Shown piece by piece: positions 58,001 through 64,000 of a stretch of 64,000 bases of DNA. A program made the position numbers and the translations under genes. The notes under the pieces were generated by a model, which saw nothing but the letters and a program-made list of their open reading frames with translations, was not told where the DNA came from and searched no databases. Position 1 is the first letter of the stretch, and every line of letters starts with the position of its first letter. This DNA is from Eledone cirrhosa (taxonomy: Eukaryota): assembly GCA_964016885.1 (NCBI GenBank), contig OZ024748.1, forward strand, positions 24,428,001-24,492,000. Reading direction: 5' to 3'.

Positions 58001-58760
58001 GACTTGATCCTTGTTGTCAGTCAACTATCTACAATACTTGACTTGATCCTTGTTGCCAGTCAACTATCTACAATACTTGACTTGATCCTTGTTTTCAGTC
58101 AACTATCTACAATACGTAACTTTATCCTTGTTGTCAGTCAACTATCTACAATACTTGACTTGATCCTTGTTGCCAGTCAACTATCTACAATACTTGACTT
58201 TATCCTTGTTGCCAGTCAACTATCTACAATACTTGACTTTTCCTTGTTGTCAGTCAACTATCTACAATACTTGACTTGATCCTTGTTTTCAGTCAACTAT
58301 CTACAATAATTGACTTGATCCTTGTTGTCAGTCAACTATCTACAATACTTGACTTGATCCTTGTTGTCAGTCAACTATCTACATTACTTGACTTTATCCT
58401 TGTTGCCAGTCAACTATCTACAATACTTGACTTGATCCTTGTTGTCAGTCAACTATCTACAATACTTGACTTGATGCTGGTTGTCAGTCAACTATCTACA
58501 ATACTTGACTTGATCCTTGTTGTCAGTCAACTATCTACAATACTTGACTTTATCCTTGTCGCCAGTCAACTATCTACAATACTTGACTTGATCCTTGTTG
58601 TCAGTCAACTATCTACAATACTTGACTTGATCCTGGTTGCCAGTCAACTATCTACAATACTTGACTTGATCCTTGTTGTCAGTCAACTATCTACAATACT
58701 TGACTTGATCCTGGTTGTCAGTCAACTATCTACGATACTTGACTTGATCCTTGTTTTCAG
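43080..58760. repeat. Large tandem duplication, period ~7.8-7.9 kb (~200 monomers), 2 copies, junction near 50.9 kb
   Basis: Paired rare markers: GATTGATCC deletion 43591/51420 and 45539/53407, CCACAAT 44281/52110, GTCGAC 47466/55255 and 49451/57279, TACGAT 50903/58731. Offsets are 7789-7868 and differ by roughly whole monomers. Confidence 0.85.
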
Positions 58761-59019
58761 TCAACTATCTACAATAATTGACTTGATCCTTGTTGCCAGT
58801 CAACTATCTACAATACTTGACTTGATCCTTGTTGCCAGTCAACTATCTACAATACTTGACTTGATCCTTGTTTTCAGTCAACCATCTACAATAATTGACT
58901 TGATCCTTGTTGTTAGTCAACTATCTATAATACTTAACTTTATCCTTGTTGTCAGTCAACTATCTACAATACTTGACTTGATCCTTGTTGCCAGTCAACT
59001 ATCTACAATACTTGACTTG

Positions 59020-62000
59020 ATCCTTGTTGCCAGTCAACTATCAACAATACTTGACTTGATCCTTGTTTTCAGTCAACTATCTACAATAATTGACTTGATC
59101 CTTGTTGTCCGTCAACTATCTACAATACTTAACTTTATCCTTGTTGTCAGTCAACTATCTACAATACATGACTTGATCCTTGTTGTCAGTCAACTATCTA
59201 CAATACTTGACTTGATCCTTGATGTCAGTCAACTATCTACAATACTTGACTTGATCCTTGTTTTGAGTCAACCATCTACAATAATTGACTTGATCCTTGT
59301 TGTCAGTCAACTATCTACAATAATTGACTTGATCCTTGTTGTCAGTCAACTATCTACAATACTTAACTTTATCCTTGTTGTCAGTCAACTATCTACAATA
59401 CTTGACTTGATCCTTGTTGCCAGTCAACTATCTACAATAATTGACTTGATCCTTGTTGCCAGTCAACTATCTACAATACTTGACTTGATCCTTGTTGCCT
59501 GTCAACTATCTACAATACTTGACTTGATCCTTGTTGTCAGTCAACTATCTACAATAATTTACTTGATCCTTGTTGTCAGTCAACTATCTACAATACTTAA
59601 CTTTATCCTTGTTGCCAGTCAACTATCTACAATACTTGACTTGATCCTTGTTTTCAGTCAACTATCTACAATAATTGACTTGATCCTTGTTGTCAGTCAA
59701 CTATCTACAATACTTGACTTGATCCTTGTTGCCAGTCAACTATCTACAATACTTGACTTGATCCTTGTTGTCAGTCAACTATCTACAATACTTGACTTGA
59801 TCCTTGTAGTCAGTCAACTATCTACAAGACTTGACTTGATCCTTGTTGCCAGTCAACTATCTACAATACTTGATTTGATCCTTGTTTTCAGTCAACTATC
59901 TACAATACGTAACTTTATCCTTGTTGTCAGTCAACTATCTACAATACTTGACTTGATCCTTGTTGCCAGTCAACTATCTACAATACTTGACTTTATCCTT
60001 GTTGCCAGACAACTATCTACAATACTTGACTTTTCCTTGTTGTCAGTCAACTATCTACAATACTTGACTTGATCCTTGTTTTCAGTCAACTATCTACAAT
60101 ACTTGACTTGATCCTTGTTGTCAGTCAACTATCTACAATACTTGACTTGATCCTGGTTGCCAGTCAACTATCTACAATACTTGACTTGATCCTTGTTGTC
60201 AGTCAACTATCTACAATACTTGACTTGATCCTGGTTGCCAGTCAACTATCTACAATATTTTACTTGATCCTTGTTGTCAGTCAACTATCTACATTACTTG
60301 ACTTTATCCTTGTTGCCAGTCAACTATCTACAATACTTGACTTGATCCTTGTTGTCAGTCAACTATCTACAATACTTGACTTGATCCTTGTTTTCAGTCA
60401 ACCATCTACAATAATTGACTTGATCCTTGTTGTTAGTCAACTATCTATAATACTTAACTTTATCCTTGTTGTCAGTCAACTATCTACAATACTTGACTTG
60501 ATCCTTGTTGCCAGTCAACTATCTACAATACTTGACTTGATCCTTGTTGCCAGTCAACTATCAACAATACTTGACTTGATCCTTGTTTTCAGTCAACTAT
60601 CTACAATAATTGACTTGATTCTTGTTGTCAGTCAACTATCTACAATACTTAACTTTATCCTTGTTGTCAGTCAACTATCTACAATACTTGACTTGATCCT
60701 TGTTGCCAGTCAACTATCTACAATAATTGACTTGATCCTTGTTGCCAGTCAACTATCTACAATACTTGACTTGATCCTTGTTGCCAGTCAACTATCAACA
60801 ATACTTGACTTGATCCTTGTTTTCAGTCAACTATCTACAATAATTGACTTGATCCTTGTTGTCCGTCAACTATCTACATTACTTAACTTTATCCTTGTTG
60901 TCAGTCAACTATCTACAATACATGACTTGATCCTTGTTGTCAGTCAACTATCTACAATACTTGACTTGATTCTTGTTGTCAGTCAACTATCTACAATACT
61001 TGACTTGATCCTTGTTTTGAGTCAACCATCTACAATAATTTACTTGATCCTTGTTGTCAGTCAACTATCTACAATAATTGACTTGATCCTTGTTGTCAGT
61101 CAACTATCTACAATACTTAACTTTATCCTTGTTGTCAGTCAACTATCTACAATACTTGACTTGATCCTTGTTGCCAGTCAACTATCTACAATAATTGACT
61201 TGATCATCCTTGTTGCCAGTCAACTATCTACAATACTTGACTTGATCCTTGTTGCCTGTCAACTATCTACAATACTTGACTTGATCCTTGTTGTCAGTCA
61301 ACTATCTACAATAATTTACTTGATCCTTGTTGTCAGTCAACTATCTACAATACTTAACTTTATCCTTGTTGCCAGTCAACTATCTACAATACTTGACTTG
61401 ATCCTTGTTTTCAGTCAACTATCTACAATAATTGACTTGATCCTTGTTGTCAGTCAACTATCTACAATACTTGACTTGATCCTTGTTGCCAGTCAACTAT
61501 CTACAATACTTGACTTGATCCTTGTTGTCAGTCAACTATCTACAATACTTGACTTGATCCTTGTAGTCAGTCAACTATCTACAAGACTTGACTTGATCCT
61601 TGTTGCCAGTCAACTATCTACAATACTTGACTTGATCCTTGTTTTCAGTCAACTATCTACAATACGTAACTTTATCCTTGTTGTCAGTCAACTATCTACA
61701 ATACTTGACTTGATCCTTGTTGCCAGTCAACTATCTACAATACTTGACTTTATCCTTGTTGCCAGACAACTATCTACAATACTTGACTTTTCCTTGTTGT
61801 CAGTCAACTATCTACAATACTTGACTTGATCCTTGTTTTCAGTCAACTATCTACAATAATTGACTTGATCCTTGTTGTCAGTCAACTATCTACAATACTT
61901 GACTTGATCCTTGTTGTCAGTCAACTATCTACAATACTTGACTTGATCCTGGTTGCCAGTCAACTATCTACAATACTTGACTTGATCCTTGTTGTCAGTC

Positions 62001-62480
62001 AACTATCTACAATACTTGACTTGATCCTGGTTGCCAGTCAACTATCTACAATATTTTACTTGATCCTTGTTGTCAGTCAACTATCTACATTACTTGACTT
62101 TATCCTTGTTGCCAGTCAACTATCTACAATACTTGACTTGATCCTTGTTGTCAGTCAACTATCTACAATACTTGACTTGATCCTTGTTTTCAGTCAACCA
62201 TCTACAATAATTGACTTGATCCTTGTTGTTAGTCAACTATCTATAATACTTAACTTTATCCTTGTTGTCAGTCAACTATCTACAATACTTGACTTGATCC
62301 TTGTTGCCAGTCAACTATCTACAATACTTGACTTGATCCTTGTTGCCAGTCAACTATCAACAATACTTGACTTGATCCTTGTTTTCAGTCAACTATCTAC
62401 AATAATTGACTTGATTCTTGTTGTCAGTCAACTATCTACAATACTTAACTTTATCCTTGTTGTCAGTCAACTATCTACAA
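59020..62480. repeat. Higher-order tandem duplication, period ~1,757 bp (45 monomers), 2 copies
   Basis: GCCAGAC at 60004/61761 (offset 1757), GTAGTC..ACAAGAC near 59806/61563, and GTTTTGAGT near 59260/61014. Confidence 0.85.
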
Positions 62481-64000
62481 TACATGACTTGATCCTTGTC
62501 AGTCAACTATCTACAATACTTGACTTGATCCTTGTTGTCAGTCAACTATCTACAATACTTGACTTGATCCTTGTTCTCAGTCAACCATCTACAATAATTG
62601 ACTTGATCGTTGTTGTCAGTCAACTATCTACAATAATTGACTTGATCCTTGTTGTCAGTCAACTATCTACAATACTTAACTTTATCCTTGTTGTCAGTCA
62701 ACTATCTACAATACTTGACTTGATCCTTGTTGCCAGTCAACTATCTACAATAATTGACTTGATCCTTGTTGGCAGTCAACTATCTACAATACTTAACTTG
62801 ATCCTTGTTGCCTGTCAACTATCTACAATACTTGACTTGATCCTTGTTTTCAGTCAACTATCTACAATAATTGACTTGATCCTTGTTGTCAGTCAACTAT
62901 CTACAATACTTAACTTTATCCTTGTTGACAGTCAACTATCTACAACACTTGACTTGATCCTTGTTGTCAGTCAACTATCTACAATACTTGACTTGATCCT
63001 TGTTGTCAGTCAACTATCTACAATAATTTACTTGATCCTTGTTGTCAGTCAACTATCTACAATACTTGACTTGATCCTTGTTGCCAGTCAACTATCAACA
63101 ATACTTGACTTGATCCTTGTTTTCAGTCAACTATCTACAATAATTGACTTGATCCTTGTTGTCAGTCAACTATCTACAATACTTAACTTTATCCTTGTTG
63201 CCAGTCAACTATCTACAATACTTGACTTGATCCTTGTTTTCAGTCAACTATCTACAATAATTGACTTGATCCTTGTTGTCAGTCAACTATCTACAATACT
63301 TGACTTGATCCTTGTTGCCAGTCAACTATCTACAATACTTGACTTGATCCTTGTTGTCAGTCAACTATCTACAATACTTGACTTGATCCTTGTTGTCAGT
63401 CAACTATCTACAATACTTGACTTGATCCTGGTTGCCAGTCAACTATCTACAATACTTGACTTGATCCTTGTTGTCAGTCAACTATCTACAATACTTGACT
63501 TTATCCTTGTTGCCAGTCAACTATCTACAATACTTGACTTGATCCTTGTTGTCAGTCAACTATCTACAATACTTGACTTGATCCTGGTTGCCAGTCAACT
63601 ATCTACAATACTTGACTTGATCCTTGTTGTCAGTCAACTATCTACAATACTTGACTTGATCCTGGTTGTCAGTCAACTATCTACAATACTTGACTTGATC
63701 CTTGTTTTCAGTCAACTATCTACAACAATTGACTTGATCCTTGTTGCCAGTCAACTATCTACAATACTTGACTTGATCCTTGTTGCCAGTCAACTATCTA
63801 CAATACTTGACTTGATCCTTGTTTTCAGTCAACCATCTACAATAATTGACTTGATCCTTGTTGTTAGTCAACTATCTATAATACTTAACTTTATCCTTGT
63901 TGTCAGTCAACTATCTACAATACTTGACTTGATCCTTGTTGCCAGTCAACTATCTACAATAATTGACTTGATCCTTGTTGCCAGTCAACTATCTACAATA

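Larger units (their letters stand above)
1..64000. repeat. 39-bp tandem satellite DNA array, ~1,640 monomers, continuing past both window edges
   Basis: Consensus GATCCTTGTT[GT/GC/TT]CAGTCAACTATCTACAATA[C/A]TTGACTT repeats directly from base 1 to 64000. Monomers usually differ from consensus by 0-4 bases. Occasional 38-bp monomers (GACTTTTCC, GATCTTG, GATTGATCC), 36-bp monomers (CCTTGTCAG), one 40-bp (46248) and one 42-bp (61203) monomer occur. No inversion or non-repeat insert seen. Confidence 0.99.

Noticed and set aside
38-61829. About 50 long + strand ORFs as protein-coding genes (membrane or LRR-like repeat protein)
   Set aside because: These are an artefact of a 39-bp period with one stop-free frame. 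They use TTG pseudo-starts, have no unique N- or C-terminal domains, show little synonymous divergence, and contain propagated frameshifts.
1-64000. CRISPR array (repeat length near 36-39 bp, palindromic; minus strand contains TATTGTAGAT, like the 3' end of Cas12a repeats)
   Set aside because: There are no spacers, since monomers abut directly. There is no leader or cas gene, and the upstream TTTCTAC stem arm of Cas12a repeats is absent.
1-64000. Coding under alternative genetic codes (minus frame VKYCR*LTDNKDQ with only TAG; minus KSSIVDS*LTTRI and plus DPCCQSTIYNT*L with only TGA)
   Set aside because: One stop per 13 codons is expected by chance. The same recurrent 1-bp indels break every frame, and nothing indicates a recoded host.
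1-64000. Telomeric repeat or plasmid iteron/Dam (GATC) origin array
   Set aside because: There is no G-rich telomeric motif, the unit is longer than known telomerase-templated repeats, and variants are inherited in duplicated blocks. Iteron arrays have few copies and lie next to a rep gene. GATC (Sau3AI) and GTCAAC (HincII) are useful only for a restriction ladder.
1-64000. Purely synthetic, rolling-circle or sequencing artefact
   Set aside because: Variants are linked and nested in hierarchical duplications with copy-specific differences, which random error would not produce. Exact copy numbers of individual blocks still need read support.

Overview
The whole 64-kb window is one uninterrupted head-to-tail array of a 39-bp satellite monomer, about 1,640 copies, all in the same orientation as far as I can read. 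The consensus is GATCCTTGTTGTCAGTCAACTATCTACAATACTTGACTT (14/39 GC, no CpG). I found no unique sequence, genes, RNA genes, transposons or CRISPR spacers. The long + strand ORFs ('LILVVSQLSTILD'n) arise because 39 is a multiple of 3 and one frame lacks a stop codon. They are broken by recurrent 1-bp deletions, so I do not call them CDS. Three kinds of real structure are visible. First, every monomer holds a 10-bp/5-nt-loop imperfect palindrome whose single mismatch is one of the two main polymorphic sites. Second, the variants are linked and monomer types follow a preferred order. Third, there is a nested set of recent duplications (663 bp, about 1.1, 1.76, 2.0, 2.1, 2.45, 2.7 and 7.8 kb) plus a dispersed copy 22,872 bp away. 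This is most consistent with eukaryotic heterochromatic, possibly (peri)centromeric, satellite DNA. The organism and function cannot be determined from this window.
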